Shown here piece after piece: positions 24,990-34,176 of a DNA stretch of 40,192 nt (position 1 is the stretch's first letter; every line of letters begins with the position of its first letter). The position numbers and the translations under genes are program-made. Source of the stretch: a virus; UHGV virus genome UHGV-0071970, one strand, 5' to 3'. Below the pieces are notes generated by a model. It saw only the letters and a list, made by a program, of their open reading frames with translations. It searched no databases and was not told where the DNA came from.

Positions 24990-26960
24990 ATGAGCAAAAA
25001 ACACTTTGAACTGATTACTGCCACCAACCGCGCAGAATTCGCTGAAAAAGTTAACAAGCGATTACAGGAAGGCTGGGAACTTCTCGGTAATGCCGGTATT
25101 GCATCAGAGCCGGGAGTCCCCTGGTATCTCATGCAGGCTATGGTTTCAGGCAGTGATGACCAGGGAGGCACCATTATCACCCCGACATCCGACAGCGAAC
25201 CGGAGTGGTATTACGTTGTGGTGAGCGCTGGTCAGTCCAACTCTATGGCATACGGTGAGGGGTTACCTCTCCCGGACAGTTACGATAAACCCGATTCGCG
25301 CATTCGCCAGCTGGCACGCCGCAGCACCGTAACCCCGAGCGGAAAAGCCTGTGCCTATAACGACATCATTCTGGCGGATCACTGCCTGCATGACGTGCAG
25401 GATATGAGCCAGTACAACCACCCGAAAGCCGACCTGAACAAAGGTCAGTATGGCTGTGTGAGTCAGGGATTGCACATTGCGAAGCGCCTGCTGCCATTTA
25501 TCCCGGCAAATGCGGGGATCCTTCTGGTCCCATGCAGCCGTGGCGGTTCCGGCTTTACAACCGGTGATGCGGGGCAATTCAGCGAGATCGGCGGCGCAAC
25601 TGAAAAATCCTGCCGCTGGGGAACGAACACGCCGCTGTACAAGGATTTAATCAGCCGCACAAAAGCAGCGCTGGCGAAAAATCCGAAAAACGTCCTGCTG
25701 GCCGTCTGCTGGACACAGGGCGAGGCAGATCTTGAGAAAGAACAAAACGCCGCACAGCATAAAGATCTTTTCACAGCCATGGTGAAGCAGTTCCGGGCTG
25801 ACCTGGCCGATGTTGCGAAGCAGTGCAACCAGGGCAACCCTGAAAGCGTGCCGTGGATTTGTGGAGATACCACCTACCACTGGAAAAAAACCTACGAAGC
25901 ACAGTACGCAACCGTGTATGGCGGATACAAAAACAGCACTGAGAAGAATATTGTTTTTGTGCCTTTTGTTACGGATGAGTACGGGAAAAACACCCCAACA
26001 AACGAGCCGACAGAAGATCCGGATATTGCGGAAGCGGGTTATTACGGTGCCGCATCCCGCAGTAGCGGAAACTGGGTAAGCCATCTGCGTGGAACGCACT
26101 TCAGCTCATGGGCCCGCCGGGGCATTATTGCCGATCGCATGGCGTCAGCAATCCTGCTTAACGTCGGCCGCACGCTGCCATTTATTGCGGGTACAGAGCC
26201 GGAACGCGTGGCAAAACCATCACAGGATGCACCGGGCGGCATCAGTAAGCCATCTTCACCGGAAGCAGAACAACCGGCAGTCAGACCGGGGCCGGTCACG
26301 CTCATGAGTCTGCTGGCATCATCTCCTGAACTGGAAAGCCAGGGCTGGACGCTGAGCGAAGGCAAAAACGGGGCCAACACACCAAAACAACTGAAAGACA
26401 CGCTGATCGGTGATGAGGAAGCAACAGGGAAAAAAGCCCTGAAACTGACCAAACAGGAAGGCAATACCTGGTATCTGGAGCATAAGGCCGGTAATGGTGC
26501 TGACCTTCTGAAAAATGGCGGGACTGTAAGTTGCCGATTCAAAATCGAGGGTGAGCTGAAAAAAGACCAGTACGCAATGGCGATGTACTGGAAAACATCA
26601 GCATTACCGCAGGATGTGAAATTACTGGGGGCAGATCCAAATAATTTATTGCTCTCATTCTTTCTTCAGACAGACAGCGCAAACCTGAATCTGATGTATC
26701 ACAAAACGCCAAACGAACAACTGGGAACCTTTGGTCAGTTCAATAACAACTGGCACACCATAGCGTTTCGTTTTGCGGGAAACAACAGCACCCAGGTAAC
26801 ACCGGTTCTGGATGGCGTGGACGGAAAACCGTTCATGCTTTCCACATCAAAAGCCGATGTTACCAACGACACGTTACGCGTGACCGATATCACGTATCGG
26901 CCGACCTATACCGTACTGATTGACAGCCTGAGCGTTGTCGTAAATCAGCCACCGGCATAA
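24990..26960 (+). CDS. NanS-p-like carbohydrate O-acetylesterase: DUF1737-like N-domain + SGNH/SASA esterase + C-terminal beta-rich domain
   Basis: N-terminus ...FAEKVNKRLQEGWELLGNAGIASEPGVPWYLMQAMV fits the DUF1737 pattern; catalytic-serine block VVVSAGQSNSMAYGEG (GQSN). Architecture is as I recall for prophage NanS-p esterases. Confidence 0.65.
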   Translation: MSKKHFELITATNRAEFAEKVNKRLQEGWELLGNAGIASEPGVPWYLMQAMVSGSDDQGGTIITPTSDSEPEWYYVVVSAGQSNSMAYGEGLPLPDSYDKPDSRIRQLARRSTVTPSGKACAYNDIILADHCLHDVQDMSQYNHPKADLNKGQYGCVSQGLHIAKRLLPFIPANAGILLVPCSRGGSGFTTGDAGQFSEIGGATEKSCRWGTNTPLYKDLISRTKAALAKNPKNVLLAVCWTQGEADLEKEQNAAQHKDLFTAMVKQFRADLADVAKQCNQGNPESVPWICGDTTYHWKKTYEAQYATVYGGYKNSTEKNIVFVPFVTDEYGKNTPTNEPTEDPDIAEAGYYGAASRSSGNWVSHLRGTHFSSWARRGIIADRMASAILLNVGRTLPFIAGTEPERVAKPSQDAPGGISKPSSPEAEQPAVRPGPVTLMSLLASSPELESQGWTLSEGKNGANTPKQLKDTLIGDEEATGKKALKLTKQEGNTWYLEHKAGNGADLLKNGGTVSCRFKIEGELKKDQYAMAMYWKTSALPQDVKLLGADPNNLLLSFFLQTDSANLNLMYHKTPNEQLGTFGQFNNNWHTIAFRFAGNNSTQVTPVLDGVDGKPFMLSTSKADVTNDTLRVTDITYRPTYTVLIDSLSVVVNQPPA

Positions 26961-27024
26961 CAATGCTTCCCAGCCATCCGGCGGGGAAGCTCGCTGACAA
27001 CCGGGAAAATAAAAGGAGCAAGCC

Positions 27025-27189
27025 ATGGGATTTATTCATCAGATAATGTTGTATTTCAGTACCGCCGTATCCCTTCTGTATCTGATCTCAGGGGGATATA
27101 AAGCCGTCCGCAATTTCTGGAACAAAAAGATAGATGAAGCAGCCGCCAGGAAATCAGCTGGCGGAGCGGTCAACGGGGTATTGCCATAA
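27025..27189 (+). CDS. Small membrane protein (54 aa)
   Basis: Strong SD AAGGAG 6 nt before the ATG; one TM helix (IMLYFSTAVSLLYLISGGY) and a basic tail. Confidence 0.4.
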   Translation: MGFIHQIMLYFSTAVSLLYLISGGYKAVRNFWNKKIDEAAARKSAGGAVNGVLP

Positions 27190-27245
27190 CAACAGGCACA
27201 GCGCATCAGAACGGCACCACTGTCCACAGCAAAAGAAACAAAAAA

Positions 27246-27264
27246 CCCTCCGGTATACGGAGGG
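27246..27264 (-). terminator. Intrinsic-terminator-like hairpin whose U-run is on the minus strand
   Basis: CCCTCCG-GTATA-CGGAGGG preceded on the plus strand by AAACAAAAAA (U-rich after the stem on the minus strand). Confidence 0.4.
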
Positions 27265-27361
27265 TGCAAGAGGGGAAAGGTGAGCAAGAAAGAACCCGAA
27301 TTAAAAGCCATTTAATTTTGAGATTTTTAATTGCCACACGCAACACGTTCTACGGTGTTTT

Positions 27362-27832
27362 ATGCTGAAACTGAATTCATTACGCGAAGCTCTGACCAGC
27401 AACTGCCGGTGGTGTAAGGCCAGCCCGGAAAAATTCACGGTATTCATTGAATCGGGTGGCATTGAAACCACCGGTGAATCCCCCTCATTCCTGTACCGCT
27501 ACAACCTGGTGTTGTTCGTCATGGACTTCACAGAAAGTATCGACAACATCATGCTGCCGGTCATGGCGTGGCTGTACAGGAATCAGCCGGATCTTCTTCT
27601 CAATCCGGAGAAGAACAAAAGCATCAAATTTTCGACGGCCATCAACGATGACGACAGTGCCGATATCCTGCTGGAAATCCCGGTATGGGAGCGCGTGATT
27701 GTGCGCCGTAATGACGACGGCACGGTGACGGCAGAGCACATCGGTGAGCCCCCGATAAGCCGGGCACTGGAAGCATGGCGCGTAGTGTTTGAAGACATGA
27801 CGTGGCGAACCGGAACGGAGACCAGCACATGA
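27362..27832 (+). CDS. R: Tail completion protein R
   Basis: P2 R-like pattern (MLK...SLR.ALT...F.E.Y.L.....DFT....L.V.AWL..NQPD). Confidence 0.8.
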   Translation: MLKLNSLREALTSNCRWCKASPEKFTVFIESGGIETTGESPSFLYRYNLVLFVMDFTESIDNIMLPVMAWLYRNQPDLLLNPEKNKSIKFSTAINDDDSADILLEIPVWERVIVRRNDDGTVTAEHIGEPPISRALEAWRVVFEDMTWRTGTETST

Positions 27833-28464
27833 GAGCGGACCGCGAACTGGATGTCATCTTTCAGGATATTCTTTCCGGCCTGTCGGCAGCCGGAATTCAG
27901 CGCACGGCAATGAGCGTGGGTAAGGTCGTCCGACAGCTACAGACAAAACGCATCAGAAGCCAGGTATCCCCGGAAGGCCAGCCATGGGAGAAACGAAAAC
28001 GCCGCATCATGCGCATACAAAAAGGCGTGAAGTTTATCTGGAAGGACGGCCAGGTAAGAAACCTGAAAAACTGGAGCACGTCACAGGGATGTTTCGGGCA
28101 GAAAATCACCGGCTACGATACGGACGCCGGGGGGATCAGGACGTTTTACAAGGCAGACATCGGGGACTACCTGGAAATTAACACACAGCGCGTCGCAGCA
28201 AGAGCATCACGTCGCTCACCTATGTTCGAAAAGCTGAGAACAGCACGCTTTCTGAGAATCATCCCCGACACAAACGGCGTAAGTGTCGGCTTTCAGGGCC
28301 GGGCCGCGCGTATTGCCAGAGTGCACCAGTTCGGTGAGGTGGGCCTGGTATCACCCGGGAACGCCACGAAATACCCCGTGCGCGAGCTGCTGGGCCTGAA
28401 CGAAAAAGACAAACAGCAAATCACAGAAACCGTGATTGCCGGACTGGGGAAAGCAGCGAAATGA
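27829..28464 (+). CDS. S: Tail completion/virion morphogenesis protein S
   Basis: ATGA overlap with R; position between R and V. Confidence 0.7.
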   Translation: MRADRELDVIFQDILSGLSAAGIQRTAMSVGKVVRQLQTKRIRSQVSPEGQPWEKRKRRIMRIQKGVKFIWKDGQVRNLKNWSTSQGCFGQKITGYDTDAGGIRTFYKADIGDYLEINTQRVAARASRRSPMFEKLRTARFLRIIPDTNGVSVGFQGRAARIARVHQFGEVGLVSPGNATKYPVRELLGLNEKDKQQITETVIAGLGKAAK

Positions 28465-29042
28465 ACATCGAGCTTATGCGTCTGCTGGAAAACATTGTGC
28501 GGATTGGTGTGGTTACGGAAATCAACACCGACACCTGGGAGGTGCGTGTGCAGACCGGCGGCCTGACCACAAACTGGATCCGATGGAACAGCGGGCGGGC
28601 CGGAAAATTTAAAATCTGGATCCCCCCATCACCGGACGAACAGGTGTTTCTCCTATGCCCGGGCGGCAATCCGGAAACCGCAGTCAGCGCAGGAAGTCTG
28701 TACAGCAACGACAACCCGCCACCGGGATCGCTGGAAAACGAAATGGTCATTACCGCGCCGGACGGTGCGGAATTTCGCTATAACGCACAGGAAAGCAACC
28801 TGACGGCCAGAGGTATAAAAACCGCAACCATTACGGCTGAAACCAGTATCACGCTGGACGCGCCAAAGGTGGAATGTACGCAGTTGCTGAAGACAAAGAC
28901 ATTCGAGCTGACCAGCGGCGGAACAATGAAAGGCAACGTGAAACACAGTGGCGGCAGCCTCGAATCAAACGGCATCACCGTACACACCCACGTACACAGC
29001 GGAGTGAAGAGCGGTAGCGATACGAGCGGAGGCCCACAATGA
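28461..29042 (+). CDS. V: Baseplate spike/assembly protein V
   Basis: 193 aa, P2 V-like, with Gly/Ser-rich C-terminal tip. Confidence 0.8.
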   Translation: MNIELMRLLENIVRIGVVTEINTDTWEVRVQTGGLTTNWIRWNSGRAGKFKIWIPPSPDEQVFLLCPGGNPETAVSAGSLYSNDNPPPGSLENEMVITAPDGAEFRYNAQESNLTARGIKTATITAETSITLDAPKVECTQLLKTKTFELTSGGTMKGNVKHSGGSLESNGITVHTHVHSGVKSGSDTSGGPQ

Positions 29043-29407
29043 GTACCGGCTACACAGGCATGAATCACGCAGGCTACGGAACGCTGACAGACATCGACCA
29101 TCTGAACCAGTCAATCACGGATATTATCCTGACACCGGAAGGTTCGCGTGTTATGCGGCGCGAGTATGGCAGCAACCTGCCCGTTCTTCTTGACAGTCCG
29201 GCAAATGAAATAACCAGACTGCGCTGTATGAGTGCTGCCGTGATCGCCATTACACGATGGGAGCCACGCGTTGCCATAAACAGCGTGGACCTGACGTGGA
29301 GAAACAATGGCAGCGCAGTGTTATCCATGAGCTATCTGATTGTAAGCACCATGCAGAGCGCCAGTATTTCCGTTGATATACAGGGAGGGAAGGATGCCGA
29401 CAATTGA
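29039..29407 (+). CDS. W: Baseplate wedge protein W (gp25-like)
   Basis: 122 aa; ILTPEGSRVMRREYGSNL matches the GPW/gp25 family pattern. Confidence 0.8.
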   Translation: MSTGYTGMNHAGYGTLTDIDHLNQSITDIILTPEGSRVMRREYGSNLPVLLDSPANEITRLRCMSAAVIAITRWEPRVAINSVDLTWRNNGSAVLSMSYLIVSTMQSASISVDIQGGKDADN

Positions 29408-30290
29408 TTTATCCCAGCTGCCGCAACCGGCGATCATTGAATCGCTGGATTATGAAGTGATTCTGGCACAGACAAAGACATTCATGATTAGCGTCTTTCC
29501 GGAAGCCATGCGCGATGAAGTGGCGGCAGCCCTTGAACTGGAGTCAGAACCACTGAACATCATCGCTCAGGCTATGGCATGGCGGGAGCTGTTACTGCGG
29601 CAGCGAATCAATGATGGCGCAGCGGCCTGTATGCTGAGTCATTCATCAGGAAGCGATCTTGACAATCTGGGTGCAAACATGAATGTGCAGCGCCTGGTTA
29701 TCACCGAAGCAACGGAGACCACACCGGCGGTAATGGAAAGTGACGCCGCGTTCCGGATGCGCATACAGAGCGCCTTTGAAGGGATGAGTGTTGCCGGGCC
29801 TTCCGGCTCATATGAGTATTTTGCACGCAGCGCAAGCGGAAAAGTGGCAGATGCCAGAGCAACCAGCCCGGCACCGGCGGAAGTTGTGGTTGCGCTCCTT
29901 TCAGCCGACGGAGACGGAACGGCGAACGAAGCACTGATTAACGAAGTGAAAGCCGTACTGAACGACGAAACAGTTCGCCCCGTGGCGGACAGACTGACGG
30001 TGAAAAGCGCGGAAATCATCAGCTACAAGATTGATGCGACACTCTATTTTTACCCGGGGCCGGAATCAGAACCCATACTTCAGGCCGCACGGGCACAACT
30101 GGAGGCGTGGCTGGCAGAGCAGCGAAGAATTGGTCGTGACGTGGCCCGTTCAGCCATCATGGCGGCCCTGCATGTGCCCGGAGTTCAGCGGGTGGAGTTA
30201 ACACAACCAGCGAAGGATCTGGTGATCAGCGAAACACAGGCGGCGCGATGCTCCGCCACAGAGATTCGCGCCGGGGGGACCGATGAGTAA
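29394..30290 (+). CDS. J: Baseplate assembly protein J
   Basis: ATG at 29394 with SD GGGAGGGAAGG; about 298 aa as for P2 J. Confidence 0.8.
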   Translation: MPTIDLSQLPQPAIIESLDYEVILAQTKTFMISVFPEAMRDEVAAALELESEPLNIIAQAMAWRELLLRQRINDGAAACMLSHSSGSDLDNLGANMNVQRLVITEATETTPAVMESDAAFRMRIQSAFEGMSVAGPSGSYEYFARSASGKVADARATSPAPAEVVVALLSADGDGTANEALINEVKAVLNDETVRPVADRLTVKSAEIISYKIDATLYFYPGPESEPILQAARAQLEAWLAEQRRIGRDVARSAIMAALHVPGVQRVELTQPAKDLVISETQAARCSATEIRAGGTDE

Positions 30291-31002
30291 AACGGTGCTT
30301 CCGCCGTCTGCCAGTGTTTTTCTGAAAACCGTTGATCGCTCCGGGGAAAAAATCAGCCAGCTGCCGGTGAAACTTAACACCCTGTGGAATGCGGACGAAT
30401 GCCCTGAAGTACTGCTGCCATGGCTCGCATGGACGCTTTCAGTGGACAGATGGGATAAGGCATGGACGGAAGAGACTCGCCGGGACGTTATACGCGAGTC
30501 GTGGATGGTTCACCGTCATAAGGGGACCATCAGCGCCATGAGAAGAGCTATTGCCCCGTTCGGCGCGCTGCTGAGCATTACAGAGTGGTGGGAAAACGGC
30601 GACCCTCCAGGCAGTTTTCGTCTCAACATCGATGTTACACATGCAGCCCTGACAGAGGCGACCTATCAGGAAATGGAGCGCATGATTGCGCTGGCGAAGC
30701 CGGTAAGCCGTCACCTGAAAGCACTGAGGCTGACATACATTGCAAAAGGGGAAGTCTTTACCGGGGCAGTGAGTCATAGCGGAGACATCATACAGGTATA
30801 TCCGGACGCAACACTGCCGAACCCCTGCATTACCGGAGGAGAAATTTATTGTGCTGGCGCGATTTACGACAGTGACATAACCCGGGTTAAACCGGATACG
30901 GAGATACCGTCACCGTGCGCCGCACAAGCCGCTATCTGTATAGCCGGAACAACATACGACGGCACAACGACCATCGTAAAACCGGCACCGGAGGAACCAT
31001 GA
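30283..31002 (+). CDS. I: Baseplate/tail protein I (C-terminally extended relative to P2)
   Basis: Overlaps the J stop; P2 I position. Confidence 0.75.
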   Translation: MSKTVLPPSASVFLKTVDRSGEKISQLPVKLNTLWNADECPEVLLPWLAWTLSVDRWDKAWTEETRRDVIRESWMVHRHKGTISAMRRAIAPFGALLSITEWWENGDPPGSFRLNIDVTHAALTEATYQEMERMIALAKPVSRHLKALRLTYIAKGEVFTGAVSHSGDIIQVYPDATLPNPCITGGEIYCAGAIYDSDITRVKPDTEIPSPCAAQAAICIAGTTYDGTTTIVKPAPEEP

Positions 31003-32597
31003 CACAGAAATACAAAACCATTATCACCACTGAGGGCCGCCGGAAGCTGGCCGAAGCCCTGAAGCCCGGTGGAAAAAAAGTCACCCTGGCAAAGATGCAG
31101 GTGGGCGACGGCAACGGCCAGGAAGTGGAGCCATCAGAAGGGCAAAAACAACTGGTGAAAAAAGTCTGGGAAGGGAATATCTCCAGCATCACACAGGATG
31201 CGGAGAATGAAAGCTTTGTCACCGCAGAGCTGGTTATTCCTGCTGACCAGGGCGGCTTCTGGGTGAGGGAGATTGGGTTATTCGATGATGAAGGTGCCCT
31301 GATTGCTGTTGGCAACGTAGCAGAAGGTTACAAACCGAAGCTGGAGGAAGGTTCAGGTCGGGAGCAGGTATTCAGGATGGTTATTCTCCTGAGTAATATT
31401 TCTGCGCTGAATATTAAACTGGATCAGTCAGTTGTCATGGTCACAAAAGCCGCTCTGGATCAGGCCATCAAAGAACATGAAAAAAGCGGCACCCACCAGT
31501 CTGCATCCACAAGCACAAAGGGATTTGTGCAACTGAGCAGTGCCACCGACAGTGACAGCGAAGAAACAGCCGCAACCTCTAAGGCCATCAAAACGCTGAA
31601 AGGAATGATTAATGAAAAATCTTCAGTCACTGACGCCACGACCAGCCAGAAAGGCATCGTCCGGCTGAGCAGCGAAACGGGCAGCGCCGCCGAAAACGCC
31701 GCTGCAACACCAAAGGCAGTCCAGCTCACCATGCAGAAAGCCACTGAAGCCGAAAAACTGGCTGAACAGGCTAAACAGAGTGCACAGGCAGCAAGTGAGA
31801 AAGCCTCAACACTGGAGCAACAAATCAATGCCACAAACCAGACCGTACAACAACTTCAACAGTCAACACAAAGCGGAGCACAGAAGGCGAAATATACCGC
31901 GCTGACCGTTGATCTCAATACACTGGGAAAACCAGAACACCACGGGGATTACTATCAGTCGGCCAATAAAGATGCAACCACCGCCATGCACTACCCCGTT
32001 GAACAGGCGGGATACCTGTCCGTGAAAATGGGAGCCTGGGGTTTCTGTCAACAGGAATACACTACATGGAACCCCATCAGGAAGTTTGTCAGGGCTGTCA
32101 ACGGTAATTTCACCGGAAATGGTCCATGGACGGACTGGAAGGAACTGGGGGCCGAGGGGCCGGCGGGTCAACAAGGACCTGCCGGGCCGACGGGGCCGCA
32201 GGGGAACACCGGGCCACGAGGTTCGCAGGGAGAAACAGGAAGACAGGGCCCGGCAGGTCCACAGGGCCCGACAGGTGAAACCGGACCACGGGGACCACAA
32301 GGGCCAACCGGAAGGCTGGTACCCGGGGAAATTTACAGCATCGGAACATACATTATTGCCGCACTAGGCCCGTATATAACCGACATCGGCAGAACCTATC
32401 AGCCAGGAGAAACTGTATCGGGTTCACGCCTTAAGCGATGCGCCCTAATCAAAGACGAAAACGGAAACTATATGAAAGCTAACACCGATGGCATTGACGG
32501 CAACCTATCCTCAGTTCCGGGGTCATGGATGGTGTGTAATGAAATTACGTCGACAAATGACAATGAAGGCATCGGGCTGTTCCAGCGCGCATACTGA
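30999..32597 (+). CDS. H: Tail fibre protein H with collagen-like segment
   Basis: N-terminus [20 protein letters not shown] and the next 150 aa parallel the P2 H N-terminus (...[27 protein letters not shown]...); Gly-X-Y repeats; divergent C-terminus. Confidence 0.8.
   Translation: MTQKYKTIITTEGRRKLAEALKPGGKKVTLAKMQVGDGNGQEVEPSEGQKQLVKKVWEGNISSITQDAENESFVTAELVIPADQGGFWVREIGLFDDEGALIAVGNVAEGYKPKLEEGSGREQVFRMVILLSNISALNIKLDQSVVMVTKAALDQAIKEHEKSGTHQSASTSTKGFVQLSSATDSDSEETAATSKAIKTLKGMINEKSSVTDATTSQKGIVRLSSETGSAAENAAATPKAVQLTMQKATEAEKLAEQAKQSAQAASEKASTLEQQINATNQTVQQLQQSTQSGAQKAKYTALTVDLNTLGKPEHHGDYYQSANKDATTAMHYPVEQAGYLSVKMGAWGFCQQEYTTWNPIRKFVRAVNGNFTGNGPWTDWKELGAEGPAGQQGPAGPTGPQGNTGPRGSQGETGRQGPAGPQGPTGETGPRGPQGPTGRLVPGEIYSIGTYIIAALGPYITDIGRTYQPGETVSGSRLKRCALIKDENGNYMKANTDGIDGNLSSVPGSWMVCNEITSTNDNEGIGLFQRAY
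32154..32312 (+). repeat. Collagen-like Gly-X-Y repeat (about 17 triplets) inside the tail fibre gene
   Basis: [52 protein letters not shown]. Confidence 0.8.
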
Positions 32598-32616
32598 CAG
32601 ACAGGAGATGACATGA

Positions 32617-33216
32617 ATGTGGAAAAAAATAAGCAATCCGCAATGGGCAGATAAAGATCACACTGCTGTCAATTGCATGGTGAAGTTTGAGCACATTGAG
32701 CAGGCGGTTCCTTTCACTGCAACAGCCAGCGATACCGAAGCATACGGGCGGGATATTTATGCCGCTTGTCTGAGAGGAGAGGCCGGTGAAATTGCAGAAT
32801 ATGTACAGCCATCCATCAGCCCGGAAAAAGCCAGAGAACTCAAAACCGCCGGGATCAACGCCTGGCGGAACAGAATGGAATCAGCCAGTTATATTTTCAG
32901 CTTTAATGGCCGTAACTGGGATTATGGAAAGGAAACACAGGATCGCCTTGGCCCATCAGTTATCGCAGCAAAAGAAGGCAATCTCCCGGAGAAGTTTTTC
33001 TGGACAGACGCAGACAACAACGACGTCCCCATGACTGCGGAAGAACTGATTGCGCTGAGTGAAGCCGCGCAACAGGCAATGTTCGCGAAGGGAATGGAAA
33101 TTCATGTGCGCCAGCGCAACATGAAAAAAGAGATTGCAGAACTTCAGGATGCGGAGGCCATTCAGCGTTACGTTGTGGGCTGGCCCACAACGGAAGAACC
33201 CGCCACCGAAAGATGA
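32617..33216 (+). CDS. Putative tail fibre assembly chaperone (G position)
   Basis: Follows H with SD AGGAGA; no resemblance to P2 gpG that I can see, so the function is positional. Confidence 0.45.
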   Translation: MWKKISNPQWADKDHTAVNCMVKFEHIEQAVPFTATASDTEAYGRDIYAACLRGEAGEIAEYVQPSISPEKARELKTAGINAWRNRMESASYIFSFNGRNWDYGKETQDRLGPSVIAAKEGNLPEKFFWTDADNNDVPMTAEELIALSEAAQQAMFAKGMEIHVRQRNMKKEIAELQDAEAIQRYVVGWPTTEEPATER

Positions 33217-33224
33217 ACAGCAAA

Positions 33225-33246
33225 AACGCCCTGACACCAGGGCGTT
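33225..33246. terminator. Bidirectional terminator between convergent G-position gene and U
   Basis: AACGCCCTG-ACAC-CAGGGCGTT flanked by an A-run upstream and a T-rich run downstream. Confidence 0.55.
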
Positions 33247-33251
33247 ATTAT

Positions 33252-33725
33252 TTAAACCGGAATGGACAGATTATTCAGGGCACCTTTGACGTTATTCGCA
33301 AGATCACCAAGCGACGAGGACTGAAGACGTTCACGCAGATCTTCATCCACACGCTCAAAAGTGACAGTAAACTCAATCTTTCTTGCCCGACCATAGCGAT
33401 CAAGTTCAGAGCGGGTGGTGTTAAGCCCGGTAATGACATACATCCCGTAAATCTGCCCTACCCCATCAATCAGCGGCCATGGTCGCCCGACGTAAGCCTG
33501 GCTGGTCAGTGCGGTCAGGGAGACTTCACCGCCCGTAATTTCCGGGTAGAGCAAACCCGAAAGCGTGATGGTATCGTCACCCGCGCCGATATACTGCCAG
33601 CTGGCTGAGCGGTTGATTCGCTCGTTCTTTACATGCCTCCAGTTACGGGACTGTTGTATTTGTTGGTGTGGCAGTGTGCTTAACTGAAAAACAAACATGC
33701 CGTAAATCATCATCATAACCATCAC
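33252..33725 (-). CDS. U: Tail protein U
   Basis: MMVMMMIYGMFVFQL...RNWRH...GDDTITLSG.L.PEITGG...L...GRPWPLIDG.G...GMYVI closely parallels P2 gpU. The track start at 33725 is a GTG; first ATG at 33722. Confidence 0.85.
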   Translation of the reverse strand: MMVMMMIYGMFVFQLSTLPHQQIQQSRNWRHVKNERINRSASWQYIGAGDDTITLSGLLYPEITGGEVSLTALTSQAYVGRPWPLIDGVGQIYGMYVITGLNTTRSELDRYGRARKIEFTVTFERVDEDLRERLQSSSLGDLANNVKGALNNLSIPV

Positions 33726-33727
33726 TC

Positions 33728-34117
33728 CTAATCACGATCGCGGAAACTGTTCATACCGCCGGATTGTCTGCGAATTTCTTCCCGTACCGCCTCCCCCACC
33801 ATTCTGGCAAGGTCGCGAGGGTTCTGCGTAACCACGTTGTGAAGGTGAACATGAATATCACCACCGTACACAGGCGGCGGTTCAGGAGAGCGCGAAGGCC
33901 CCCGGGGTGTCGGGGACACCGGATCCCACCGCTTAACCTCCACAGGACGGGAAGAATCCGGGGAAACCGCCGGAGACACAGGCGAAAACGCTGGCATAAG
34001 CGGAAGCCCGGGTGCAACAGTCGGTTCATTCCACTGCCCGCGAACAGCCAGCGCACGGGGGAGATTTTTAAACACGATATCGCCAGGACCGATACGCTTG
34101 CGGGCTTCCTGAAGCAT
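33728..34117 (-). CDS. 129-aa ORF between T and U; possibly the displaced C-terminus of the tape measure protein
   Basis: Its frame is open upstream to 34249 (no stop), overlapping the last 24 codons of T in a -1 frame. Proline-rich linker then ...GGDIHVHLHNVVTQNPRDLARMVGEAVREEIRRQ. Confidence 0.4.
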   Translation of the reverse strand: MLQEARKRIGPGDIVFKNLPRALAVRGQWNEPTVAPGLPLMPAFSPVSPAVSPDSSRPVEVKRWDPVSPTPRGPSRSPEPPPVYGGDIHVHLHNVVTQNPRDLARMVGEAVREEIRRQSGGMNSFRDRD

Positions 34118-34176
34118 ACCCGACGTATTACCCTCGATACCTTTGAGCCTGCGAAGAACGCCACTGGTGCCGTCGT

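Noticed and set aside
27039-27311. Minus-strand 90-aa ORF antisense to the small membrane ORF
   Set aside because: Spans a terminator hairpin and has an implausible composition; more likely non-coding.
31863-32367. Several ORFs on both strands over the collagen-like repeat
   Set aside because: GC-rich Gly-X-Y coding repeats keep all frames open; the tail fibre frame is the real one.
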